Shown here one piece after another: positions 43,201 through 56,400 of a stretch of DNA of 64,000 nucleotides. Both the position numbers and the translations under genes were made by a program. Where the stretch lies: contig OX597821.1 of assembly GCA_951406725.2 (NCBI GenBank), positions 99,758,001-99,822,000 of the forward strand, written 5' to 3'. The stretch comes from Octopus vulgaris. Its lineage: Eukaryota. Each line of letters begins with the position of its first letter. Position 1 is the stretch's first letter. The notes under the pieces are model-generated. The model was not told where the DNA came from and did not search any database. It saw only the letters and a list, made by a program, of their open reading frames with translations.

Positions 43201-46200
43201 CTTGGAGTGGTTGGCATTAGGAAGGACATCCAGCTATAGAAACTCTGCTAGATCAGATTGGAGCCTGGTGCAGCCATTTGGCTCGCCAGTCCTCAGTCAA
43301 ATTGTCCAACCCATGCCAGCATGGAAAGCGGACATTAAACGATGATTATGATGATGATGATGAAGGATGAAATTGAAATGATAAAGCATTTTCTTTAGGG
43401 ACAGCATTGATTAGAACACATCGAATTAGTTCAGGTAATATGTTATTATGGTAATAATAATAAAATCAAAGAGACGACCTATAAACATAGTCTTATAAAT
43501 TGCTAGAATATAGTTGTGGCCAAAAGTTTGGAAAATGTTTTTAAAATTACAATTGTTATGCCCAGGTAAAATTCCATTAAAATGTATACAACATAGAGAT
43601 ATATTTACGTAATAACTAATCCAATGGTTCAATATCTAGAAGGGAAAATAGGCAAAATCAAAAATATAGTTCTAGACTAAATTGTTTACTTTTATATAAA
43701 TAGAAGCTAGTGCATCACGTATATCAAAATATGTTCCAGATTTTTGGCCATGACTGTATATGTTCTATCTTGTTCTTTTTCTTTTTTATTGAAGATTAAA
43801 GACATAAATAAATAAATCTTGTTTTATTTGTAGCCCTGGGAAACCCAGTCATGATCTTTTGAAACTGGATTTATTTAACACAAGTGCTGCTTCTACGCCA
43901 ACTGGTGGAAACAATTACAATATGCAATCACCATTTGCCCCATCTTCACAGACAGATGTAACACTCCAAACATCAGACAGTGGTTCAACAACAACTCTTT
44001 CAAGTTCTAGTAAGTTTTCATAATCCCCATCAACATATTATTCCACAAGTCTACAGAATTTGAGGATGGAAAATGTGTCTGTTAAATAGACAAGTGTTCT
44101 GAAGCATTTTTTTTCTAGCTGAATTTAGATATGCTGTTTGATTTCACCAACCATGCCAGAATCTCTGTGTACACACTACCTTGATGTTTCACCAAAAAAG
44201 TGTAGTTTTCCTTGATTTTATGTCCTCGTCTGACTTTGAAGCAGTGGCCAAAGTATGAAAAACGCTTCATTAACACTTTTCCTTTGCATAAAGTAAAGTA
44301 ATTGTATTGTATACAAGAAATGTTAAAACTCAGAGTGGGTAGATTTTATAAAAACATGTGGAGGAGATAGGGAAAGATGTTATCCAATAAATAATAATAA
44401 TTGTTTCTAGTCCAATGACGAAGGCCACAAATATATATGCAAAGGAACTGGTATATATGTCTGCCAACTGTCAATTTCCTTCCTTCAAGAGAATTGTTCT
44501 CAACAATTGAAGCTTATATTAAAAATTTCCCATCATTCTCTTGTTTCTCATTACTTGAGGTGCAGTGTCAGAGTTTATCTAAAAACTAATTTTTATTTCT
44601 TTGTTTTACTATTTGCAAATGAGATGAATTTTGTTGTTCTGATTTATGTAGCTGTAGTATTTCCAGTTGTGACCACCAAGTTTTTTTTTTCATAGCAAAT
44701 CTATAAATATATTATAGAATGTTCTTTTTTTTTAAAAAAAAAAATCTAGGGAATTGAGGGAGATTACATTTCCATTTCTCTCAAGTCAAATGATTGCATA
44801 GAAACTACCTTGTTGTTGATTAGTCTCAACTCAGCCCTAATGATATAAACCTAAAGGCATCCTAGCCTTTAGCATCCTCTCCTATTTTTCACAGTGTATC
44901 AGGACTAAATTATTTCTTCACTTTTGTTTTGTTGCTGAGAAATTCCATATTCAAACGTCATTTTTATTCTTGTCTGCTGTATTTACAGATGCCAGTGATG
45001 CAGCCATTACTAGCCAACCTAATCAAGATCTATGTGCATTACCCTTACCCCCTAATACCAAAGTAGTTGGCACTTCTAGTCAAACCACATCTCCAGTTAG
45101 TCTGGGGACTACTGCTGCCCCACATACTACCTTTCCTCATCCTCCTAGACCTCCTTCACGCACTAAAACTCCTTTACCACAGGTGAGTAGTTCTGATTAC
45201 TTCAGTTCCTCTCCTAGCTTGATTGACTCTCCTCTTAGCTTCTTTTACTGTCCCATCCAGCCTCCACCATCTCTTCCAAAATACAACCGCAGTCGGTCAT
45301 CTCTGCCTCAGATTGACTGTTTCGATCCCTGCTCAACTACCAGTTTTACTGACAGTCCTAAATCTCAAAGCTACCGTCCTCAGTCTGTACCCTCCTCTCC
45401 AAGTTGGTTTGCTTTTAATCAGGTAAGTCATAAATTAGTAGGGTACATCTTTGCTTTGCGACACACTGAGGCTAATGTGCACATCACTTCATTGTTCATG
45501 CATTTGATATCTTGACGTAGATTGGCTTTCGTCGTCATCACTAACAAGAACATGATAGGTGAGAGACTCAGATGTTAATATTCCAGCATCACCATCATTT
45601 TTATGGACGTTTGTCCTGCTTTCATGAGTGGGTGGATCTTCTCCCATACCACTTCATTGACAATCTTTGTAATTTCTTTCATGAGATTGTTTCTTGAAAT
45701 CAATGTCCACCATTTCATGCCATGCCTTCTTGGTCTCCCTCTTCTACAACTTCCATCCACTTCAAGCAATGGCAATTCTTTATACATCTGACATTCTCCA
45801 TCTGTATCAGCACAATCATTTCTCTTGCACACAGCGACTAATTCTTCTTAAATCCAGTTTGTTCCATACACTAACATTACACATCTCATGGAGCGCTTTT
45901 ACTTCATTATTTCCAGTTGTTGTAAATACTTTACATTCAGTGCCCTTGTCTTGCTACCATGCAGTATCACACCCTGAATACAAGCATCATATAAGCTGCT
46001 TTTTATTGTGCAAGTGAAACCCTATGCTACCACCAACAGTAATAATAACTTTCTGAACTTAACCTCATCTATTCTTCCTCTGGTTACTATGCTTTCAGAC
46101 CAGCCACCTCCACTGCTACTTAGGTCACTTAGGTAATGAAAGCAATTAGCTATTTCTAGGGAGTTTTTCCTACCATTTACTTCTTATGAAGTCTACTCTC

Positions 46201-49200
46201 TTTGCTAAATGTCTTGTGATCCCACCTACCACTCCTTTTGTATATCCGTATAGATACACAATTCCATCTGGAATTCCTACATGTTTCTTTCTCTAAGTTG
46301 AGTTTGGTTATTTCCCTTATGGTAAGCAGGGTCTTGTTTTCTTCTCAAAAACTTGAGCCTTTACTGACCTTACTTTGAAGTCTCTGATTCTAGATTTTGT
46401 TTCCATGTTTGAACTTCTAAATATTTTGTATACTGATGACCTGGTTCTTATAGCTGAATTTGTAGGCATTCCCATGGACAGGCAGGCTTAAATTCAAAAT
46501 TGTCTCAGCTTTGAGGACTATATTGAACATGATTGGGGTTTAAGAACCGAATCCTGTTGAGTCTGAACAGGCTAAATTAACCACTAAACTCATTGCTCAC
46601 TCTGACCTTGCTGGCTTCACCTCTGTACACGGTTTAAAAAGCCCTCATAAGCTATTTGTCTACTTTTAGTTTTCTTAGTGACCATCAGATTGTAGAATTT
46701 CAAACCTTGTCAGTTGCTTTCTCCAGGTCAACAAATGCCACATGTAAAAGTTCACTCTTAAGTATTTTTCCTGCTGTTGTTTCATTAAGAAAAGGGTATT
46801 AGTAGTTCCTCTTTCTAGCACAAAGCCAAACTACATCTTATCTAAGCTAATTCTCTTTCTCATCAATCATGCTGTAACCCTTCCTATAACCTTCACAAGC
46901 CAGTGTTCAAGTTGATGCCTCTGTAGTTCATTGTCTTTGTCTAGTGCACCTCCTTTGTAGCCGTTTTTGATGATGCTACTATATCGGTCATTAGATATGA
47001 CCCCTTCCCTTCTACTACCTGACTAATTATATGAGTGACACATGACCTACTTCACCAGGTATTTTAATCATTTCAGGGACAATACCTGATGGTTCAGCCC
47101 ACTTCCATGCCTTCATATCCTTCATTGCCTTTGTTATCGTGCCACTGTCAATTTCAATGGCTGGTTCCTTTTTAAGTCTCTCTCTTTTCTGCATCCTCCT
47201 CATTCAACCTCATGTAATATCACTTCCTTGATACTTTCATTTTGGTGTCAGTAAAAACAAATGTGCCATTATCATTCTATACGCACTTCTCCCCGACACC
47301 AGTTTGATTTTTTTCTTGTACAATGCCTTGCCATCCAAAACAGCCCAAGTCTCTGATATGTGTATCACAGAGCATCTTCTCTCCTTGCTAAGTATAACTG
47401 ACACTTGGTTTCTCTTTTAGTTACTTGATATTGCTTTTTGTTGTCCCCTTTCTATTCAGTCCTGTCTTGTAACTTTAAAACAAACATATATAACTATATT
47501 ATACTTATTATAATTTTAGTCACTTCAATTGATATCTTCTTTATTGTTTTTCCAATAGACAATTTAAACTATCTTACATCTTCCAATAGACAATTTAAAT
47601 TACTTTATATCATGAGTGAACCCTACCATAATCCCCTACACACACCTCATATCCCTATTGTCATCATTACATTGTTGTTGCTATTCTTGTCATGGTTGTC
47701 TTAATGATGGCTAAACTTTTATCGATATTATTACCAACATTATCATCATCATCTGAACATCCCTAATTCTGATAAAATTTAATAACTGTTTATGCAATTA
47801 TTTGACTGTTGACTGTTTCAGTTTTCTTATTAAATGTTGCAATATTTAAAGTTTGATGCTGCGAAAGGATTTTTTAAAGTTCATTTTGTCCTTAAAATTT
47901 TTTTTTTAACGATTTTTAAATATTTCTTTGTTTTCTGTCAGATTCCTTTACGTCCTGGACGGACAAGCCCTGCAACTCTGATCTCACCTCCTGATAGCAC
48001 AGGTTCCATGTTCACAACTACAGCGTCACTCGGATCATCTCGTGGTTCCAGTCCTCTAACACTTGGTATGGCAGATACTGTTCCCATGGCAGTGGCCTTT
48101 ACAGAAAATATAAATGCCTTTTTCAAAGGAACAGATGCTACCAAGTAAGTACTCAGATGTTTTCTTCTTTCTGAATCGATAAACTATCTCTCTCCCTAGT
48201 TCGTCCCACAGGATGCCCCAAGACTATTTCCACACATTTTCCCCATTCATCTTGATCTTCTATAGTGGTCCTCAGCTCCTATACCCTTTCCATACTAGTA
48301 TCCTGCAGCAAGTTGTCAATACAGGTCGTCTTCTTCCTTCCCCTCCTGATTCTTCCTTCCGTTGGTTACCAGAGCACTAGCTTGTTAGCAATTTCATTGG
48401 TGTGTCTGATGCAGTGTCCAGCTAACCTCATCCTTCTATGCTGTATTTTCAATGTTACTTTTGGTAGTCCCTGGTATAAATCAGCGTTTGTTGTGTGACT
48501 CTTCCAGGAGACATTGAGTGCCATTCTAAGCACCTTCGTATAACAAACGCCCAACTGCTTCTTCAATGCTTTAGTGAGCTTACATGTTTCAGCCCCGTAT
48601 AGAAGAACAGACTCCACTGTTGCCAGAAACAACCTCACTTTCAATTTCTTTGCTAACTTTGAACTCCATACTTTTCTCAATTTATAGCATGAGCTCCAGG
48701 CAAGAGCTTTCCTTGCTACAATTTCTTTTTCAATACTTTGTGTCCACGCACCAAGATATTTGAAGTTTTCAACTACCTTCAGCGACTTACCGTCTCTCAC
48801 TTTCACTGACACAGGCATTTCATGGTTGAATATTTGCAACTCTGTTTTCTTTGCATTACAGTACAATTCTGTTGATCCTCAGATCATAGTGCTTATGCAA
48901 TATCTATAAATAGTGCAACTTAACCTATTTTACTATGGATTACATTGCAGTTACTAAGGTAGATGTACTTGAATAGTGACATATTGAATTGATTGATTAT
49001 TAGTAACTAATTTATATTATCTCCCCAATATTATTAGAGACTTGACATAGCTGTGTGGTTAACGGGCTTGGGTTCAGTCCCACTGCACAGCATCTTGGAT
49101 GAGAGCTTTCTACTATATCTCCAATCCAATTAAAGCTTTGGGTGTGGATATTTGGTGGATAGAAACTGAAAGAAGCCTGATGTAAATTATATACATTTAA

Positions 49201-49719
49201 CCATCACCATCATTTTAATGCCTATTTGCCATGCTTTCATGAGTGCGTGGATTTTCTCCAGTGCTACTTGTAGCTTAATAAAAACAATATCGGTACAGAT
49301 ACTTTTTTACTTTTTAATGCAAAAACATTATTAAAAATCGTGAAGTATATTTGCCACCTAAATGTGGCTAACCCATAAGGGTTGATTCTACTATAGCTTG
49401 TAGTCCCAGGAAGACATCTCCTCCAACTGGCTATTGATACACTTTCTGTGCCCTATCAGTCATCTTTCCCATCTCCAGCCTGACGTGATACACACAGACC
49501 TGAGTTTCTGGGTATTGATCCGTCACCAGCGTATGACAACCACCAGCTGGCAATGTGAAGTGGTTCCCAATGCAGATATATATATATATACTTTTTTCAG
49601 TGATGAAAAGTCGCTTATCTCGAAAAAGTGGAAATAAGCAAAAATATATCTCTGAGTGAGGTATAAACAGTAGCTGCACAACATCGTGAAGTATATTTGC
49701 TACCTAAATGTGGCTAACA

Positions 49720-49764
<45 letters not shown>

Positions 49765-50231
49765 ATAATAAATATTAGGGAATAAATCCAAATTTACAGG
49801 GAAAAAAAATCAGATTTAGGATTAAATCCAATTTTATAGTAAAATATTATAAAATATTATTAGAGACAAAACCACTATTTTGCAAAACAAACAAGGAAAG
49901 ACTTAATCAATACATAAAATTTTAATAAATAGTCAAAAAAACCGCCACTACAATCGTTTCTTGTCTTGATCGACAATCTTCAGGTGGACTTCAATTTACA
50001 AGTCAGTTTCAAATTCATAATTTGAAACTGACTTGTAAATTGAAGTCCACCTGAAGATTGTCGATCAAGACAAGAAACGATTGTAGTGGCGGTTTTTTTG
50101 ACTATTTATTAAAATTTTATGTATTGATTAAGTCTTTCCTTGTTTGTTTTGCAAAATAGTGGTTTTGTCTCTAATAATATTTTATATATATATATTATAT
50201 ATATATATATTTTATATATATATATATATTT

Positions 50232-50264
<33 letters not shown>

Positions 50265-50438
50265 GCACGCACACATATATATAGGTGCAGGAGTGGCTGT
50301 GTGGTAAGAAGCTTGCTTTGCAACCACATGGTGCTGGACTCAATCCTACTGTGTAGCACTTTGGGCAAGTGTCTTTTCTAGCCTTGGGCCAACCAAAGCC
50401 TTGTGAGTAGATTTGGTAAGTGGAAACTGAAAGAAGCC

Positions 50439-50476
<38 letters not shown>

Positions 50477-53400
50477 AAGTGTGTATATTTTTGTTTGTCT
50501 CCCAGCACTGCTTGAAAACTGGTGTTATTCTGTTTATATTGCTGTAACGTAGTAGTTCAGCAAAAGAAACTGATAGAATAAGTACCTGGCATCAGAAAAA
50601 TAACACTGGGATTGATTCATTCGATTAAAATTCTTCAAGGCAGCACCCCAGCATGGCCACAGTCTAATGCCTGAAACAAGTAAAACAATAAAAAGAACAT
50701 ACACACATACATACACACTTAATATATTTCTTTAGCATATCCAAATCACATATTTTTGTTTACCTTTACTTTCAGGTGTACGGTGACTTTGTCTGGAAAT
50801 TTGATGATGTCGTTTCCTGCAGGTATCATTAAAGTGTTGATAGAAAACCCATCTCCCTCCATGTTAAGTTTTCGTTTGAATGGTACAACACGTCTAGATA
50901 GCATCAGAATCAATTCCCAACTCATATCTCAGTAAGTACTTGTCTTACTTTACTTACCACTTCTCTGTATTTTGGCCTTGAATAATCAGCATTTGTATTA
51001 AAGCTGAACGTCTCCTTGTCTTGATATTCTTTACTCCTCTAGGCACAAAGCCAGAAATTTTGGGGGAGGGGCCAGTCAATTAGATCGACCCCAGTACACA
51101 ACTGGTACTTAATTTATCGACCTCGAAAGGATGAAAGGCAAAGTCAACCTCGGCAGAATTTGGACTCGGAACATAAAGATAGACGAAATACTGCTAAGCC
51201 TTTCGCCCGGCGTGCTAATGTTTCTGCCAGCTTGCTGCCTTCCTTGTCTTGATATTGCAAGATTGTTGTAAATGGATGTCATTCATTTCCAATATTCTGC
51301 AAAAAATCATGTCTGACCATGGGGGAAATATTACCTTGCTTGGAAACAGATATGGATTGGCAGTAGGAATTGCCTGTGACCATAGAAAATCTGCCTCAAT
51401 AATTTCTGCTTAACCCATGGAAAAGTGGACTTTAAAATGGTGAGGTGTAAGCGAATAAATGAATGGCAGTTACTCTCAATGCATAGTTAGAGCTGCATCA
51501 TCATCGTTTAATGTTCGTTTAACATTCGTTTTCCATGCTGGCATGGGTTGAATGGTTCGACTGGGGTCTGGGAAGCCATGAGGCTGCACCAGGCTCCAGT
51601 CTGATCTGGCAGTGTTTCTACTGCTGGATGCCCTTCCTAATGCCAACCACTCCAAGAGTGTAATGGGTGCTTTTTATGTGCTGCCAGCACAGGGACCAGA
51701 ACAGGCTGGCAATGACCACGATTGGTTGGGGATTTTTACATACCACTGACACGGAAGCCAGACAAGGCGGCGCTGGCATCGGCCACATTCGGATGGTGCT
51801 TTTTATGTGCCACTGGCATGGGGATCACAACTGCAATAATTTTGATGTATTTGACTCAATAGGTCATTTATTGAATAGTTTAACTTAGCTCCTGATGTTA
51901 CTTAAAGTTTTGTGGTTGGATTACCTCTGACATATCGTGACAAATATATGTATAAAAATCCAAATATGTAATACTGTCATTTTCTTTTGCTTATTTTAAT
52001 GATTTATTTTTAAATGCCATAGAAGAGATAAAAAACGACTGAAATGTCTGGCACCTTGTTGTTTTCAAGGGGATCGGTCCACCACAGCAGAACTGATACT
52101 AGTGATGGTGCCATGTAAAGATCACTGGTGCTGGTACCATGTTAAAAGCACGTAGCAGACTTTGTAAAGTGGCTGGTGTTAGGAAGGGCATCTGGCCATA
52201 AAAACCATGTCAGAACAGACAATGGAGCCTAGTGTGACCCCTGGCTTTACCAACTCTTGTCAAACTGTCCAACCCATGCCAGCATGGAAATAGACATTTG
52301 ATGATGATAATGAGATGGGGATAAATCCCTTTAGATTGATGAGAGAAGGTTTTGTAAGCAGTAAACTTTTCTCGTAAATGGTTTTGGGATTTTGGTTATG
52401 TGAGTGATGAGGAGAGGCATACCTAGGAAGTACTAGTATTGGTTATATGCATAGCAGTCTTGATTGGGTGCTGCTCATCAGCTGAATGCATTTCAGTCAA
52501 AAACTGGTGTAATAAACATTGGTGATACTTTGCCACTATCTGAGAGAGGGTCACAAGCATTTCACCCCCTTAGCCTGTACACTTCACCTGAGTGGAACAG
52601 CAAAGAGTGAATTAGCCTTTGCTTGTTTCTTTATTGCCCTCAAGGGGCTAAACATAGAGGGGACAAACAAGGACAGACAAAGGGATTAAGTTGATTATAT
52701 CGATCCCAGTGTGTAACTGGTACTTAATTTAGTGACCTCGAAAGGATGAAAGGCAAAGTTGACCTCGATGGAATTTGAACTCAGAATGTAGCGGCAGACG
52801 AAATACCGCTAAGCATTTTGCCCGGCATGCTAACGTTTCTGCCAGCTCGCCACCTAATTAGCCTTTGCTTGTGGAAAGGTTCCACCAGCTACTTTGACCT
52901 AGTTTCAGCTGCCATGCCTATCTCCTTGGGCTTTCTTCAGTTACTTGGATCCATTCTTAGCATTTATTCTTCATTTCCTTAACCACTTTAATTGGATTTA
53001 TTTTACTCTTTAAATCATGAACCTCTGAACACCTTTAACTCTCTTTTTTTTTTGTTTATATCACTTGGTTTTTTCAGGGACACCCAACAGAGCACAACCA
53101 ATAGTTCGATATATATATTTGATATGACTGCTCTAACAGAACACCTTCGTGCTCAAGGAGAGATCAATAAGTCAGCATCGTATTTCAATGTTGATATACT
53201 GAAATATCAGGTAGATAAACTTGATTTTCCACTTACACTATTCTCTTATGTATATTTGTAATACAAAAGATATAATTTTTATTATATGAATCATCTAAAA
53301 AGAAACAAAATGCAGTACTTTTAAATTTTGTTTCACATGTCTTGGTGTACATTATATATGTACATATCAATTATTTTTGTTATAGTTAAGGGTAGTCAGT

Positions 53401-56400
53401 TGGTAGAATAATTGAATGCCAAACAGACTTTGATGTATTTAGTTACACTCCTTTATATTCTTCTGATGTTGAGCTTCCTTTTCATCTTCTTGGAGTTGAT
53501 GTATCTGTAAATTATGGGATGGATTTAATTGACTACAAAAAGAAAAAAATATTGGAAAAGTACTGGGTTAGATTTAATTAACGAAAATAAGTGACAGGAA
53601 AAATACTAGAGTGGATTTTGTTATCAATTCTATCTTCCCATAAAATTTGTTGTCAGATATCACAGTTAGTATATAATTTTATTGTTAGCCAGGTAGATCT
53701 TCAGATATGACATTTTGTGCTTTTTGCTTTTTATAGCTAAGTCATATGAAGAAGACAGAACTCATTGGTCTTTTTCGGGAGTCCTTCCCTAAAAAAGATA
53801 GACAGAATTGAGTAAATTACTTTTGAACCATTGGCCAAACCTGAATGATTATAATATTGTAGATGCCCCTAAAGGCACTTTTTGGCCATATAGTGGTGTT
53901 ACACCAGAAAGCTTATTTTATTTCATGTTATCTACATAAGAAACAGCTTCCTCTACTACTCTGATGTTCAGTGGCTGGATTTCAAAAGACATTCAGTTCC
54001 AAAAACATTTATTTACATCCTCTTTCCACACGTCTTTGATGCTATCCTGCCTGTGGCCACCTCAGGTCCTATGGTACAAACTCAAAACCTTTCGTCAAAA
54101 TTTTATGTTGGCTTGACTTATGTTATTCTGTTATAAAAGACTTTTAGGAATCAATTAAGATATTTGGCTACTACATCAACAGATAGCACTGACATATAAG
54201 TTCCATTGCTGGTTGTTGGTTTAAGCAGGTCTCTGATGAAAGGCATTCCAGTTGTAGCCATTCCATCTTGTATTCAAGTATCATGCATCTTTGACCACAC
54301 TATTCAATATATCCTGAATGATTTAAGATGGTCAAATGTGATTTGATTTGAGATGGATTCAGCAGCTATTTCTTGCAGATCAAACAACTGCATAGTGCCT
54401 ATTGTGTTGACTTGGTTTGTTCCCTTGCTAGTTTATTGTTATTAAATCTCAGATCACAACACAACAAGAACATTGATTCAAAGACAAAAATGCTGCCACT
54501 GTTGTTTGCTTTTGGTAGAGATATTATTATTTTGTTTCTAAATGTATTTTTTTTTCCAGGTAAAACCAATGCCTGGTGTAGACAACACACCTCTGCCTTT
54601 GGTAGTCTACTGGAAGTGCACTTCAACAGTTACCAACTTCCGACTGGATTATAAGTATAACCCTTGTTCAATGTCAAAGCCTGTCGCTCTAAAGAACATC
54701 CAAGTAACAGTTCCAGTCAATGGAGATGTGGCCAACATGCAAAGTATCCCTAGTGGAAACTGGTACAGTATTGAGTTAGAATATCTTCAGAGCTTTATAG
54801 TTTGTCTGTTTGTTTGAAGCAAAACACACACACACGCACACACACACACACACAAGCAAACATGTTGATATAGATATTCAATATTCTTCCATGCTTGTAT
54901 ATACAATTTTGTTCACAAACATGTACATGTATATACATTTGTATAAATATTTGCATATGTTCACACACACTTGCTCTCAAACAAGTATATATCTATAGTT
55001 ATTCATATATGGTGTTAAGAAGGTCATCCAGTCATAGAACCCCTGCCAAAGCAGACACTGGGGTATGATGCAGCCCTTGGATCCATCTAACCCATGCCAG
55101 CATGGAACCTGGACATTAAATGATGATGATGGTGTATGTGTGCTGTCTATAACATTCGATCTGCAAGCTCATATACATGTACAACATTAACAGTTTCCAC
55201 ATGCCATATTGTACTTCAATACAGTCTTCATTTTGAGTTTTAGTTTATTCCACTTCTCTGTTCCACCAGGAATGCCGAGGAAAAGCGGGCTACATGGAAG
55301 TTGGATGATATTTCCGAAATGAGTGAAAATGGCACCCAAGGGAACATCCGTGCAAAATTCGAAACCAGTAACGGACCTAGCACCCCTTCACCTACTGCCT
55401 TGCATTTCATTGCTGAAGGGGCCACACTATCTGGTCTTGAATTTGAACTTGTTGGTTTAGGTTATCGGCTGTCATTGGTGAAAAAACGGTTTGGAGCAGG
55501 TTCGTATACTATAGGAATGTGAAACCTGAATGCTTTTATTTTGTTTTTGTTTTGTTTTTCCTTAGAGAACATGCACAGAAAAAAAAGCATCCAAACAAGC
55601 AACTAGAAAAATAACAAGAGTGAAAATTATTAATCCTAAAGAAGCTTAACAGGAGAATTAATTCCTAATAGATCTACATAGACAATAATCCTAACCCAAG
55701 CTTTTTTTTTTATTTACTCCTCAAATTCTCTTTCACCATTCTTTTAGAAAAATATATGAGATGCAGAAAAAAAAAAGAAACCTGTCCTCTGACCTTTGTA
55801 ATCGTGTTAATATTCCATTTACACCTTTGTGATATTCTTGCTTGTCAGTATATCTGCTTCATTTATTTATTTCCCCACCTGAAACTTCACCATTCCTTTA
55901 TTTTCAAGATTTGTTGACTGTTTTCTTGCAATGGGTTTCCAAAATTTTTCTTTTTTTTTTTTAAATCTTTTTTTTTGTATATTTTTTTTTTGCATTTTAA
56001 TTATGCTTATCAAATACTTAGGTAATTTTTGGAATTTTATTTTTTTTCGTTTTTTTTTTTTTTAATCAGTTTTTAAGTTAAGCATGTATGCACACAGACA
56101 TGCACATTTTTTCTCATGCAAAAACTAAAAGGAAAACTCTGCTAGTGGTTATTTTACCTTAATTTATTTTTGTATATTTCCACTTGAACACACACACACA
56201 CACACACGTTAATTCTCCCATGCTTTATGCCTTATTATTCAGTCTGATTCATTCACAACCATGCTGTAAAAAAATTTCAGTAAATTAAATTACAAAAGCA
56301 AAAATAAAAATATTTATGTTTGTGAGAGACAGATGGCCTAAAGAGTAAAGTGGTAACCTACAAAATCATGTGTGTTGAGTTCAAATCCTCTACAAGCACT

